IMG/VR virus record: IMGVR_UViG_3300028833_000061
Span: 96,001 to 160,000 of that record
Strand: one strand, 5' to 3'
DNA length: 64,000 bases
Source of the DNA: a virus
Lineage: Duplodnaviria; Caudoviricetes
Shown here: in pieces, positions 35,489 through 46,197 of the stretch
Numbering within the stretch: position 1 is the first letter of the stretch
Layout of the letters: every line of letters begins with the position of its first letter
Program-made: the position numbers and the translations under genes
Notes under the pieces: generated by a model
Seen by the model: only the letters and a program-made list of their open reading frames with translations
What the model was told of the DNA's origin: nothing
Database searches by the model: none

Positions 35489-38127
35489 CAGACCACCATG
35501 TCTAGCGACCAGCGCATGTTTATGAACCCAATCGGAGCCGTGTATGGACTTGCACCGGACGCGATTCCACTTCGTGAAATTCTAACGGCTACTGTGTATC
35601 CAGGTCTTATACCGAAAGAAGAAATTGAAACGTCCTCGTGCTTGCTCAGGTACTTGGAGCACTCGTTGAAATCCGGCAGCTGGCTGCCAATCGCGTCATA
35701 AAGTCTGCAAGGTATGTTGTCTGTGCCGTCTTCTGTGTGAATAAGCACAGGATCGAATGCACGATACGTTGTCGTGTCATCGGTAATAGCAGACACGATC
35801 GGGATCTCTACAATCCTAGCAGTATCAGGTTTGATGAGATCGTCCTGCACGTTAGCTGCCTCATACGTACCAGTACCGTCTGCGTCTACTGGATTGAGAT
35901 CGGGCAGTACGTTGTAGTCCATCAGAACACCAGCGTATCTTATAGAGCTGTCGGTGTACGACTGGGTACCAAAGACATTGGCATACAGATTTACCCTATA
36001 CAGTGCATTGGCTGTACTATATGGCACATGGAACTTTAGTACGAAAGCCGATGGGATGTTCTGGACGTCTGTTCCGTCGTTCCATCCAAGAAGTCTTACG
36101 TACGGGAACATACCAACCATGTCCTGCTTCGCGTTTTGCAACGCTACTTCCTCGAAGTCTCCCTGCACTCCTCCTTCGATTGTACTTATAATGACAGTAC
36201 CCTGACCTTTAGGCTGAGAACCCCACCGAGTTAGCTTTATTCCGGTGCCTGCAACTATCCTTTCGACTACAGGGCCTGTCTTCAGCTTTCCACCAGACCC
36301 GCTCTTGACTACCTTATATCCCTCTAATTCGTCTTCTACAACGTCTCCAATCGGATCAAAGTCTATCTCGAGGTCGCCGACATCGCTCTCGGAATCAGAG
36401 CCACAGCTGTAAATATGCAAACCAGACCCTTTCCTGGCCCTTATAGACGTGACAGGTCCTGTAGACGATGACGTAGCTTTTGTAAAATGAAGCACAAGTC
36501 TGTGCTCTTCCCATGCCTCTGTATCAGTATATCTGCTCGTATAGTTTACAGGCCACGGAGCATGCCCCCAGGTGTCATCGTACCAGTATATGGAGTCGCT
36601 TTCGATCGAGAACACGTACTTTCCACCAAGACTCTTCGATGAAAGTTCGACGCCATTCATAACAAGAGAAGCGGCACCTGCTGGAACAGGCGGATAATAT
36701 GTCTGCATAGCCCTGTCGAAACCTATGTTGTATACGAACTTAGGCTTGGTAGACTCTGGGCCAGAAAATCTAGACAGCTCCTCGTCGCTAAGATCTCTCC
36801 ATCCTTTCGCGATATCTGGAAATACCATGCCTGTAGACCAGGTACGCTTTTCGTCAGAGTCATCAGCCACTCTATACACCAAAGACTCGTCGTCCGAGTT
36901 TTCAGGCTTTCTGAGCTCGACAAACATGCCGTGCTCTACAGGATATCTTACCTTGAATCCTTCGACCTGTATGCTGCCAGACGTGCCCTCTGTCTTGTTG
37001 TACCAGTGCAGAAAAACGCCAGGGTTGTTTCCGAAAGCAAGCTGTTCTGCACGAGTCTCGTCATCCTCCGCTATCGGGCCTCCAAGCACGAATTCGTATT
37101 TGCAATCATCCGTGTTAAGCCACTCGCCGGAGAATACCAGTCGTGGAAAGATATCGGTATCAGGAAATGCTTCTGCGTCCCTTTCCGGGTTTACATACAC
37201 ATCAGGTGCAAATCCTACAAACACATGCTTGCCATCAGGAATCTCGCCTTCTACATACTGCCCGCCTGCGGGAAGTCCTCCTATAAGATACGCCCTGTGC
37301 ACGTGCGACTCAGCCATGTCCTTATGTTCAATGGACAAAAGCGCTTTGTCAGCAAACACAACGCCGTTCTTGCTTCTACCGACGAAGCTGCCTATGAATA
37401 CCTTTGGACCACTTGGATATGCGGTTATCTTTCCAGGCTCAGTGCTGGACAGATAGTACATGCCGTCTCTGAACGCCTCGCCATCCTCAAGCATCCCTGA
37501 AATGTCGAACGACTTGCTCGACATATCTACCAGTCCTGCAAGAGCTATCTTTCCGGTTGTTCCTCCGCGCGCGATAACCATACCTACAGCATATGCCGAA
37601 TTCGAGGCTGAAAACTGATCGAATAGACTAACAGACGCAACGGCTTTGGCATATGATCCCGTGTCTGCGTCAAAATACACTATATCACCGACGCCTGGAG
37701 TATCTGTGGAAGCAAGCTTAGCGTTCAAGATGACAAGAAGAGCCATAGGATTTTCTCTGTCGAACGCTCTCAGCTTGTCATATAGATAGCCTGTTCTTTC
37801 TGTAAGTTCCTGTAGAGGCTTATTCAGAGTCTCTGCATCAACAGGATCACCGTCAGACAACGCGTGCACAGCCGGCCAGCTTGATGATAGCTGCACCTCT
37901 ATTACGTCAGATCCATCTCCGTCTACTGACGTAAGAGTCAACTTGCCACCGGCGAGTCTGAATACGTAATCTATTCCGGTTATGTCGTCCTGTATTATCG
38001 CGCCGCTGGTCACAGGAGTATCGTCATCCTGAGACAGCTTTACGAGGCTAAGCTTTCCACCGGACAGCTGTACGCTGTACTTGGACGAATCAGTCGTGTC
38101 CTCAATGATTATCTGGCTAACTGCCAT
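35488..38127 (-). CDS. baseplate / fibre-attachment protein
   Basis: 879 aa; DGDPVDAETLNKPLQELTERTGYL fibre-proximal motif; two short N-terminal repeats. Confidence 0.6.
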   Translation of the reverse strand: MAVSQIIIEDTTDSSKYSVQLSGGKLSLVKLSQDDDTPVTSGAIIQDDITGIDYVFRLAGGKLTLTSVDGDGSDVIEVQLSSSWPAVHALSDGDPVDAETLNKPLQELTERTGYLYDKLRAFDRENPMALLVILNAKLASTDTPGVGDIVYFDADTGSYAKAVASVSLFDQFSASNSAYAVGMVIARGGTTGKIALAGLVDMSSKSFDISGMLEDGEAFRDGMYYLSSTEPGKITAYPSGPKVFIGSFVGRSKNGVVFADKALLSIEHKDMAESHVHRAYLIGGLPAGGQYVEGEIPDGKHVFVGFAPDVYVNPERDAEAFPDTDIFPRLVFSGEWLNTDDCKYEFVLGGPIAEDDETRAEQLAFGNNPGVFLHWYNKTEGTSGSIQVEGFKVRYPVEHGMFVELRKPENSDDESLVYRVADDSDEKRTWSTGMVFPDIAKGWRDLSDEELSRFSGPESTKPKFVYNIGFDRAMQTYYPPVPAGAASLVMNGVELSSKSLGGKYVFSIESDSIYWYDDTWGHAPWPVNYTSRYTDTEAWEEHRLVLHFTKATSSSTGPVTSIRARKGSGLHIYSCGSDSESDVGDLEIDFDPIGDVVEDELEGYKVVKSGSGGKLKTGPVVERIVAGTGIKLTRWGSQPKGQGTVIISTIEGGVQGDFEEVALQNAKQDMVGMFPYVRLLGWNDGTDVQNIPSAFVLKFHVPYSTANALYRVNLYANVFGTQSYTDSSIRYAGVLMDYNVLPDLNPVDADGTGTYEAANVQDDLIKPDTARIVEIPIVSAITDDTTTYRAFDPVLIHTEDGTDNIPCRLYDAIGSQLPDFNECSKYLSKHEDVSISSFGIRPGYTVAVRISRSGIASGASPYTAPIGFINMRWSLDMVV

Positions 38128-38139
38128 CTGACAACTCCG

Positions 38140-38685
38140 TTATCTGAACTTAACTGCCCAGTCGATCGACATCTCGAAGTCTCTAGGCTTCGGTTTGTAT
38201 GTTCCGTCGACACCAAGATCAACGACGGCGAGAAGCGAATAGTCTGCGCCATCTGTTCCTTTTCCAAGCAGACAAGCCTTATACACGTACTTGTTGTCTG
38301 GAATGTCCTCCGTACGGCCGTGGAACGTTATCTTGTTGAATTTGTAGACATCATCGTCCGAAGACAGCGTAGGGGCGTAGCTAAACCCGGTTATTACATA
38401 AGAATTGTTGTTCTTGACGTCACCCCAGGTTGTCTCCCTTGTATATCCTGAAGTAACGGAAGGAGAGTCTCCGAATATAAAAGCTATCTTCTTTGGAATA
38501 TACGTGGAGTCTCCGGCGTATGCAGCCGCTACCGCGTCTGCCGCGGCATACGTTGTCATGTTGTGCTTGCTGCAGAATTCAACAGATTCGCCGGTCTTTC
38601 CGACGAGTCTGCAATTGACGCTGCCTTCGGCGCACGGTGTGGTTGTTCTATTTTGCCTAGTATTCATCGTCGTCATCGTCATCAT
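38140..38685 (-). CDS. baseplate / tail-collar-like protein (start probably 38667)
   Basis: HNMTT...IDWAVKF pattern; position after the wedge genes. Confidence 0.55.
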   Translation of the reverse strand: MMTMTTMNTRQNRTTTPCAEGSVNCRLVGKTGESVEFCSKHNMTTYAAADAVAAAYAGDSTYIPKKIAFIFGDSPSVTSGYTRETTWGDVKNNNSYVITGFSYAPTLSSDDDVYKFNKITFHGRTEDIPDNKYVYKACLLGKGTDGADYSLLAVVDLGVDGTYKPKPRDFEMSIDWAVKFR

Positions 38686-40360
38686 GCCTTCTTCTGCACC
38701 TCTTTGTCCACTTCGAACTTACAACGTAGTCGTCAATGTCGTCAAACTCATCGTCGCTCTCGTCATAGTTCGATCCTGCCGTCACGGAAACATCTGAATC
38801 ATCCTGCTCGTCTATCTCGTCGTCCTGTCCGTCTATGGCATTTCCATGCTCTATGAAATAGAGTCTTATATGAGCCGGGATAAGCTGCCTAAGCGTGTTG
38901 TAAAAGTTTGGATCAAAAAGTGGTGCCTCCGCTGCTAGTTTATCGGTATCGACAAAAACGAACAGTGTGTTCGCCCCTATCAAATTTTTAAGAAAAAACG
39001 CAATGGGCTGTACACTTCCGCACACAGAACCCTCTGAAATACTATCATTTTTGATGCCATCAAAGCAATCTTCTATCGACACCTTTGACTTTTCGGCCTC
39101 GGACCATACGAAATTCCAGTATTTGAGCTCTTTTTCTGCATTGCCGGTACCGAGATCGAACATAAGTTTCGGATTTCCGTTTGCATCGAAACCTCTGCAA
39201 ACAACATCCTTCTCGTCCCAACCGGCATAAAAACCCGTGTCTAGCGGGCCACGTATGATTGCCTTCGGAATAGAGACCGACGATATATCCTTTTTGAACG
39301 TGTATTCAGAAAATTCTGTCTTTCTTGTCACGTCAGCTACACTTGTTATAAACGGATACAGCCTGACGGCCGTGTCTAGAAAGTCACCGTGAAAGATAGT
39401 GTTTCCAGCCTTGACGCAGTCTCTTAGCACTGCATTCTCTCCGAACGTGTAGACATTCTTGTCTGTTATGACATGCCGCATCCCGTCGCATGTATAGATG
39501 GTCTGTATTGTCTCCGCATCCTCTATCACAGTCGGGACTCCGCACAATGCACCTATCACTATCCTAAGATGCGCCGGGCTCAACCCATCGCTCGTAGCAT
39601 CCCAGACAGCCCGTACCACGTTTCTATACAGCTCGCTCGACTTGCCTTTTAGATCTACAGCATAGCCAGAATGCTTGAATACGAAATCCTTGTCTATAAG
39701 AGTATCGCAGGCCCACAGAACGGTCTCTTGCGTGCTCTCTCCCGTAATCTCGTCAACGACGTCAAACTTAGGAAACAGCGAATCATCGTTAAACGGATCG
39801 TGCTCCTTAGATATGACGATAGACTTTCTATCTATCCTGAAATCAGATCCGTTGTTAAGTATCACAGAAGGTTTGGCTATGCTGTCCACGACGCACGACA
39901 CGACATCCACAACGTCGTCGTCAAGACTGTAGGCAACAACGTCAGAACGATCCACGTGTCTTCCGATGCGTATTTTGCTTTCAAATCCAGCCTGGGTTCC
40001 ATTTGTAAGAACCGCATCGTCGCCTATGCGCATTGTTGCGGCGTCGGCGTTGTTGCGCCTGTTCTTCCTGACAACGATAGGATACCAGCGTTCCCTGTGA
40101 AATACCGGTGTGTCGGTGTGATCGAGCAACTGTATGTTTTCAAGCAGATCCAAATACAGCTGAGCGTATCTTAGCGCCCTCGATCCTTGTAAGCTCTTCA
40201 GAAATTGCTTGTCCTTGTACAGATGTGTCCAGAAGGTTCTCATCCAGCTGAACAGCTGATCTGCCGTTGACGGAACAATGCATCCGTCGATTGCGGGAAG
40301 TCCTAGCTTTGTTGTGGCTGTGTCCTGATTCATTTCCTTTTTATTATTCAGGAATTGCAA
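38657..40360 (-). CDS. baseplate wedge protein (gpI/gp7 position)
   Basis: follows baseplate J; LRQLIPAH motif; acidic tail. Confidence 0.6.
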   Translation of the reverse strand: MQFLNNKKEMNQDTATTKLGLPAIDGCIVPSTADQLFSWMRTFWTHLYKDKQFLKSLQGSRALRYAQLYLDLLENIQLLDHTDTPVFHRERWYPIVVRKNRRNNADAATMRIGDDAVLTNGTQAGFESKIRIGRHVDRSDVVAYSLDDDVVDVVSCVVDSIAKPSVILNNGSDFRIDRKSIVISKEHDPFNDDSLFPKFDVVDEITGESTQETVLWACDTLIDKDFVFKHSGYAVDLKGKSSELYRNVVRAVWDATSDGLSPAHLRIVIGALCGVPTVIEDAETIQTIYTCDGMRHVITDKNVYTFGENAVLRDCVKAGNTIFHGDFLDTAVRLYPFITSVADVTRKTEFSEYTFKKDISSVSIPKAIIRGPLDTGFYAGWDEKDVVCRGFDANGNPKLMFDLGTGNAEKELKYWNFVWSEAEKSKVSIEDCFDGIKNDSISEGSVCGSVQPIAFFLKNLIGANTLFVFVDTDKLAAEAPLFDPNFYNTLRQLIPAHIRLYFIEHGNAIDGQDDEIDEQDDSDVSVTAGSNYDESDDEFDDIDDYVVSSKWTKRCRRRHDDDDDDEY

Positions 40361-41963
40361 CTATGTTTACTTTATTTCTAGACGTAACAAACACCGCTGT
40401 CTTCCCAGACACGAGAATATCCTGTCCTAGCAGCGAGTCAAGATCGAGCGAATCTCCTACAAGACCGTGTGAAACGCCGTCGGCATCCCTTATTGAACCA
40501 ACGAGAGCGTGCTCGTCATCAAGAGCAACGCTTGTAGCTCCCTTCTCACGCAGTATGCAAGCGATCTCAGACCGTGTAAGCCTTCCTACGAAACCAGATC
40601 TATTAATATAATCGACTACGGCATCTGCGGCTCCGTCTACGTCGAATCCGGCTCCTGACTTGTACCTGCAGCTCATGTTTACAAACACGCGGCACAGCAT
40701 AGGACACCGTGCAACATAGTCTGCTGCTACGTTTCTTACCGTATCGTCATCCAGCACAGACTGTATTTCTGTAGCGTCTGGCAGAGCTATTACGTTTATG
40801 TTGAACGTCCTTGTCTCATCGGTATGGCCACTGTTGTGTATTCTCACAGAACACCCGCGCCACACTGTTCCTGCCAACTCTCTTCCATTCTTGTCGGACA
40901 CGTCAAAATCGTGCCACGTGTCTGGAGCCGAGTTCGTGCCGTACGATACTGAATAATCGTATGATGCCAGGGCTTCTGATCCAGCATCGGATACAGAATC
41001 GATACACAGCATGCCTGGTGCGTCGTCTGGACCGATGCTCGTGACATAATCTCCAGTGGCGCTGTCAAACGAGCATTCAAGTGTAAGAGCAGTTACCGGA
41101 GCCGCTGTAAAGTTTCTCACGTACACGTCCGCTCTGCCGCCTACTGAAATTCCAAACGGGTTGTGCCTGTCTCTCATCTGCACAGGGTCGCCGAATCCGG
41201 CTACAGACACGTCGACTATTGGATTCTGACCAGCGTCGAACCTGTCTCTAAGCACAGCCTCCACCGACGTTTTTGTAAGTAGACCGCGCAAGGATAGCGC
41301 CGACTTGATTCTATGTCCTATCGACTCTATTCCTTCAACGTCCGAACCACCGGAAAAATCAGCATACGCAGCCGCAGATATAAATCCAGTAAAAGCGTTC
41401 TTGAAGTACAATACCGTATTTTTCGCTATGTTTCCTACGCTACCGGCTGTCAGGCACGTAACTGGAACAATGAAACAGTAGTACCCATCAGCCTTGTATA
41501 CACCTTTAGGCACGCTGCTGCTGCTGCTTGTTACTGGAGAATATGTAGTCGTACTGTCTACCGAAAACTGCAAACCTGTTATAGTCTCGAATACAGAGCC
41601 AGCTGAAACTACATACGTTCTCGGATCTGTAACGCGTACTACGACAGATCCTTTTGCCGCAGTACCGAGCTTTCCTGCCATGTTGAAATTCGTAAGGATT
41701 CTGTTCAGGTCGTCGGTGTCGATGCCTTTTCCGTTGTTGAATCCTTCGATCAACGAAACAAGGGATGAGCGTTCTCGCTGTATTTCGGCTTCTTTCGAAA
41801 ACAAAGCAAAAATATGCGCGTCAGGACGTATTAGCAAGTCGCGAAGAGCGGTTCCTTCACGAAGATCGAGGTACGGATAGGCCGTTCTGATCTGATCGAG
41901 AAGCGTTTGCTCCGCCTTTGTCCTGTCAGAGTCTGTTATGTCGGCAAGACTTATGCTGTTCAT
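40344..41963 (-). CDS. baseplate J-like wedge protein
   Basis: DLREGTALRDLLIRP; AKGSV; AGSVGNI; FSGGSDVE. Confidence 0.8.
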   Translation of the reverse strand: MNSISLADITDSDRTKAEQTLLDQIRTAYPYLDLREGTALRDLLIRPDAHIFALFSKEAEIQRERSSLVSLIEGFNNGKGIDTDDLNRILTNFNMAGKLGTAAKGSVVVRVTDPRTYVVSAGSVFETITGLQFSVDSTTTYSPVTSSSSSVPKGVYKADGYYCFIVPVTCLTAGSVGNIAKNTVLYFKNAFTGFISAAAYADFSGGSDVEGIESIGHRIKSALSLRGLLTKTSVEAVLRDRFDAGQNPIVDVSVAGFGDPVQMRDRHNPFGISVGGRADVYVRNFTAAPVTALTLECSFDSATGDYVTSIGPDDAPGMLCIDSVSDAGSEALASYDYSVSYGTNSAPDTWHDFDVSDKNGRELAGTVWRGCSVRIHNSGHTDETRTFNINVIALPDATEIQSVLDDDTVRNVAADYVARCPMLCRVFVNMSCRYKSGAGFDVDGAADAVVDYINRSGFVGRLTRSEIACILREKGATSVALDDEHALVGSIRDADGVSHGLVGDSLDLDSLLGQDILVSGKTAVFVTSRNKVNIVAIPE

Positions 41964-42472
41964 TTAAAAACCCCGTATGTTGTAGGTACGACGAATGTCA
42001 CGCTGTCGCCTGCTACAGAACGAATTGACACATGTATGCGTATTGTTCTGGTTACAGTATCTAGAGTCACGTCTACTATCCTGCTTTCTTGCAGCTTTTC
42101 GTCGTCTGGCTGATCTCCATATCTGGCGGCATTGGATTCGTCGTCGTGCTTTATCTTGTCCTGTGTCTTGAAATTGGCCGTGTTGGCCATCAGATCTACA
42201 TAAGAAAGGCCTGGTACGTTTCCCCTAGAGCATACGTCCACAAGGTTTGTTCCTATATACTTGTTAAACACATCACTGCCTGTGAGTGTTGTAAACAGAA
42301 CGACATACCGCTGCACAAGCTTTTGAATGCCTGAAACAGCCTTTGTCTGGTTTTTCGATGCGGATGGTGTAAGTTCCTGGTACTCCGTACTTGGAGTAAC
42401 CATAGACTGGAGACATTCTATGTCTAGCTGTCTCTTGTAATAATTTGTCGTTGTTTTGACGCTCGTCTGCAT
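41960..42472 (-). CDS. gp25/gpW-like baseplate wedge (sheath initiator)
   Basis: GIQKLVQR...LFTT.GSD...GT; immediately upstream of baseplate J. Confidence 0.7.
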   Translation of the reverse strand: MQTSVKTTTNYYKRQLDIECLQSMVTPSTEYQELTPSASKNQTKAVSGIQKLVQRYVVLFTTLTGSDVFNKYIGTNLVDVCSRGNVPGLSYVDLMANTANFKTQDKIKHDDESNAARYGDQPDDEKLQESRIVDVTLDTVTRTIRIHVSIRSVAGDSVTFVVPTTYGVFK

Positions 42473-42484
42473 ATGACTTATGCA

Positions 42485-42883
42485 CTACTCGGTTGTATCC
42501 GGCTTGGCAACGTTAAGCTTTGTTACCTCGAGCGAATTCAATCCACTGTTTATGAAACCGACATCGTCGTTGAAAACAACGTCCACGTCAGTCTTCTTGG
42601 TACATGCTCGCAACAGCGCCTTTTTCCACATAGCCATGAATCCGACTATTATTCTAAGACGGACGCCCTCCTTCTCCTCGTCGTTCTCAGGATTTGAAAC
42701 AAGATTTACCCACTCGTTATTGTAACTATCTGTGTTGAACAAGTCGTCAAGCAGGTCTTTCAGCGAATCATAATCGCCTAGCGTGTCCATGAACGGGGTC
42801 TGCTCCTTGTTGCCTAGAAGCTGTTCTCCAAGCTCCTTGAAAGCATCCTTCAAGGTCGCTATTGTCTTGTCTATATCGCTCAT
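42485..42883 (-). CDS. hypothetical protein
   Basis: 132 aa, ATGA-coupled to the sigma gene. Confidence 0.6.
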   Translation of the reverse strand: MSDIDKTIATLKDAFKELGEQLLGNKEQTPFMDTLGDYDSLKDLLDDLFNTDSYNNEWVNLVSNPENDEEKEGVRLRIIVGFMAMWKKALLRACTKKTDVDVVFNDDVGFINSGLNSLEVTKLNVAKPDTTE

Positions 42884-43590
42884 GACAAAGCAATGTCCTG
42901 TATCATCCTGCCAATCGCATCGGCTCTTTGAGATACCCTCGGAGCACTTATTCCAAGCCTATTCGCTATTTGGGCCGTAGAGGCCGGTCTTTTTCCGTGC
43001 GACCCTGTTCTAAGATCGTACAAAAGTTGGTCGTCCGGGCCTAGCGACATATACACGGCATCTGCTGCAAACGGTACCGTGCTTGGCGTATATACGCCGG
43101 GCTGCTGTGCCTGCTCCTCGTTTGCTACGTCGTTCATTTCAAAACGGCCTGTGTTGATCGACGCCGCGACCTGATGACGTATGCGCTGTATTCTCTTTGG
43201 AGATATTCCAATCTCGTCTGCCAACTCGATGTCGGTAGGGGCTCTGCCGAGCTCGTCTTCTAGCTGCTTGGATACTCTGTCTATCTCCGCAGCGTGCCGT
43301 ATGGCAAGTTCTGGAGCCTTCACATCCCTTAGACCCTGGCCATACCTTGAAAGCTGCTTCAAGTTTGTCGTAACCCATGACTGCAGTTTTGCTCCGCTCA
43401 TAGGGTTGAACGTCTTTACCGCTTTTACGGCAATAGCCTTCGCCTTAGACCGAAGATGGGTCTTCGGACCCTCGTATCGCATTATTTCCGAATTTATAGT
43501 AGGCATCAACGCATCAAGAACCCCGGACATGTTTTCCGGGGTCTGGTCGACAACCCATTTATCGTATGCTTCCTGGTAGCTACTCTTCAT
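42880..43590 (-). CDS. phage alternative RNA polymerase sigma factor (FliA/WhiG-like regions 2-3-4)
   Basis: KAVKTFNPMSGAKLQSWV (region 2); LEDELGRAPTDIELADEIGIS (region 3); AQIANRLGISAPRVSQ (region 4). Confidence 0.85.
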   Translation of the reverse strand: MKSSYQEAYDKWVVDQTPENMSGVLDALMPTINSEIMRYEGPKTHLRSKAKAIAVKAVKTFNPMSGAKLQSWVTTNLKQLSRYGQGLRDVKAPELAIRHAAEIDRVSKQLEDELGRAPTDIELADEIGISPKRIQRIRHQVAASINTGRFEMNDVANEEQAQQPGVYTPSTVPFAADAVYMSLGPDDQLLYDLRTGSHGKRPASTAQIANRLGISAPRVSQRADAIGRMIQDIALS

Positions 43591-43648
43591 TTGCCTGGAT
43601 AATACTACTAAATCCGTGTTATTGCCACACTTTATTGACCGGCTTATC

Positions 43649-45226
43649 TCATTCAGCCGTAGCGCCGTCTCCAAACACTTTATTTTCTGGCATTTTTCCT
43701 CCTATGTCCGGAGGGTCTCCGCAGTATGCCATATTTACTGTAAACCTGCACGTTCCTCCAGAGCTGGACCCCTCGACTACAATACCCGTAACCATGCCGG
43801 TTATGTCCTTTCCTCCGGTACCGACAGATACCGATGCAAACGTACCTATGCCAGGGAAACTGTCTGCCACTAGCGCGCACGACGCAGACACAATCTGTCT
43901 TGCCTTATACTGCTGGCAGAAGAGCGCCTCGGCCGTAACATTATGAACATCGTCAAGAATGGTGATAGACGCTGACTTGCTGTTACCGACAACATTTATA
44001 GAATCTGCTGGATCCTCTACGTGATCTCTCGGTACGACGTTATCGTCTTCAGAATGTGTAGAAGTTTTTCCGCTGCTTGCAGGATTTGACACCAGCTTTG
44101 CAGCCAGTCCTAGCATCTTTCCAAGAAAGTCGGGAGTCGTCGTGTTTATTATCGCTCCCTTTGACGAATAATAAAACATGGTGTCGCTAGAGGCATTTGC
44201 CGACGCATCCAGTGGCCTGAAGCTGCCAAGGGTACTTACTATAGTAGTGTCGGCATTCGTCGAAGTCAGACGTATTCCACAGATAGGGGACGTGTCGGGA
44301 GATATTTTCACACTCTCTATTATTTCATCTGGTATTGCAGTTACACTTTCTCGACCAGCCCACGGGTTAAGCTTCTCCAGAGATGCCCGTTCGTCGTCAT
44401 AGTTTATACGAATATAGAATCCAAGCATTCTCGCAAGAACAAGCACGGCGTCAAGCGGAACAGAGTTTCTAAGATCAAAAAACTGGTAGGCAAGCATAAC
44501 CTTGCAGGCCTTTTCAAGCGCAGACATATCTGCGTTTCCCCAGTTTATGCCAGCAGAATCAACATAAGGAAGACCTAGAGAATCGTCTATATACTCTGAA
44601 AGCTTTACGTTATACACCTCTGCGGCAGACTCTATGTTCCACCTTACTCCGCCTTCCCTGGATCCTCGGTCATCTATCATCTCCTTCAGCTTTTCAGTTA
44701 CGCTATCGCCAATCTCTATAATTCCACCTCCGTCGATATCATTTGCGAATTTTTCAAAGTCAAGACCACTCACATAGAAAAATCCAGGTGTAGACCTAAG
44801 CCTGCACATGGGATGTTCTATCTGAAGAATAACACCACCAGGACTAGTCTTATTCTGTGGCTGCAGCGTGACGTTTGTTATTTTCCATCCGTCCAACGTC
44901 ATACTGGTTAAAGGAGCCGAAAATCCGCCAGAGATAACCTCTTCAACGGTTATAGTCACACTTACACTGTTGCTGCTGTCATCTCCCTCCTTGAGATCGT
45001 TAAGAATATCGAACGTCTTAGTTTCGGCGCTTCTGCTGGGGTCGTCGCTCTTGTACGCCTCGAACGTTTCCTCAGAAGAATAGTTAAGAGGAAGAACCAG
45101 GTTTGCATATGGAATTATGTTTATACCCCACGCAACACTGAAACTATTTGCGTGACAAATCCCTTCAAGACCCGGCACAGACACAGTGGCGTCTACGTTA
45201 AGTATTCTGTAAGAGTCAGCCGCCAT
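43649..45226 (-). CDS. baseplate hub protein (gp27/gpD position)
   Basis: about 525 aa after the TMP-adjacent genes; beta-rich. Confidence 0.55.
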   Translation of the reverse strand: MAADSYRILNVDATVSVPGLEGICHANSFSVAWGINIIPYANLVLPLNYSSEETFEAYKSDDPSRSAETKTFDILNDLKEGDDSSNSVSVTITVEEVISGGFSAPLTSMTLDGWKITNVTLQPQNKTSPGGVILQIEHPMCRLRSTPGFFYVSGLDFEKFANDIDGGGIIEIGDSVTEKLKEMIDDRGSREGGVRWNIESAAEVYNVKLSEYIDDSLGLPYVDSAGINWGNADMSALEKACKVMLAYQFFDLRNSVPLDAVLVLARMLGFYIRINYDDERASLEKLNPWAGRESVTAIPDEIIESVKISPDTSPICGIRLTSTNADTTIVSTLGSFRPLDASANASSDTMFYYSSKGAIINTTTPDFLGKMLGLAAKLVSNPASSGKTSTHSEDDNVVPRDHVEDPADSINVVGNSKSASITILDDVHNVTAEALFCQQYKARQIVSASCALVADSFPGIGTFASVSVGTGGKDITGMVTGIVVEGSSSGGTCRFTVNMAYCGDPPDIGGKMPENKVFGDGATAE

Positions 45227-45707
45227 CTCTCGACCTCCTGACAGCCTCAAGTTGCGCTACAAGCGCAAGCAAACACGAAACCTCGGTGCTGTTTCCGTCT
45301 AGCGAGACAACTCCAATTCGTTCAAGTACATCCAGCATAGAATCTATATCGTCAAATCCAGTCTTAGCAAACAGCACTCTGGATGCCACGGAAGGCTCTA
45401 TAGAATTTACAGACACCTGTACATACTTGTAGTCATCGGGCAGCGGCGTAACTCTTTTATCATAGAACGTGACGAACCTCGCAAAATCTACACGGTCAAG
45501 CATCCTACAAATAGAATTCACGATATCTAGCCTGCCTTTTATCCCTGCGCCTGCAAAAAGCCTGTTCTCGATTATATCTCCAAGTCTGGCAGGTATGCTA
45601 AGCGGAACGAACTTCTCATCGATATAGAACTCGCCATCCAGGCCTTCTATATCGGAGTACATTCTGTTTAAAAGAAGTGTCTTAATGTGATTTACCATTT
45701 TAATCAA
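45216..45707 (-). CDS. tail/baseplate hypothetical protein
   Basis: 163-aa ORF overlapping both neighbours. Confidence 0.55.
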   Translation of the reverse strand: MIKMVNHIKTLLLNRMYSDIEGLDGEFYIDEKFVPLSIPARLGDIIENRLFAGAGIKGRLDIVNSICRMLDRVDFARFVTFYDKRVTPLPDDYKYVQVSVNSIEPSVASRVLFAKTGFDDIDSMLDVLERIGVVSLDGNSTEVSCLLALVAQLEAVRRSRDGG

Positions 45708-46182
45708 GTGAAGTCATGAACGTCAGTGTGACTGTAACCGCGTTCAATCCGGGGTCGTACCCCTTTATGTACATCGAAATAAGGAATCCTGTCGAATACT
45801 TACCGTCCTTGCCTATCGTAATGCCTACCTTTTCTCCCTTTGAAACTCTATTTTCATCGTACCAATCGGATATCGTGCCAATAACTGACACGTTGTCACC
45901 TGTCGAACAGCTCTGTGTGACGCCTAAGAATATCAAAACGGTTACAGAGCTTCTGCTCGTTCCAACATCGCTTCCGTATGCAAATACATAGTTTCTTTTT
46001 CCGAAGCACGGCATTACAGAATACCTTTCAGCACACGCAGCGCTAAAATCAAGCACAAACGCATTATTGTTACTCAAATCGTCAGTAAGTCCATCTATAT
46101 GGACTATTGACGACGCATCTAATCCGTCTGTCGGGTACCGTACTACGGTTCCCTTGTCTATCTCTCCAAAAATGTCTTCCAT
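45700..46182 (-). CDS. tail-tube-like initiator protein
   Basis: 160 aa directly after TMP; FGK.NYVFAYG resembles the FGKDVI segment of the tube protein. Confidence 0.5.
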   Translation of the reverse strand: MEDIFGEIDKGTVVRYPTDGLDASSIVHIDGLTDDLSNNNAFVLDFSAACAERYSVMPCFGKRNYVFAYGSDVGTSRSSVTVLIFLGVTQSCSTGDNVSVIGTISDWYDENRVSKGEKVGITIGKDGKYSTGFLISMYIKGYDPGLNAVTVTLTFMTSLD

Positions 46183-46197
46183 GGCTACTGTTCTAGA

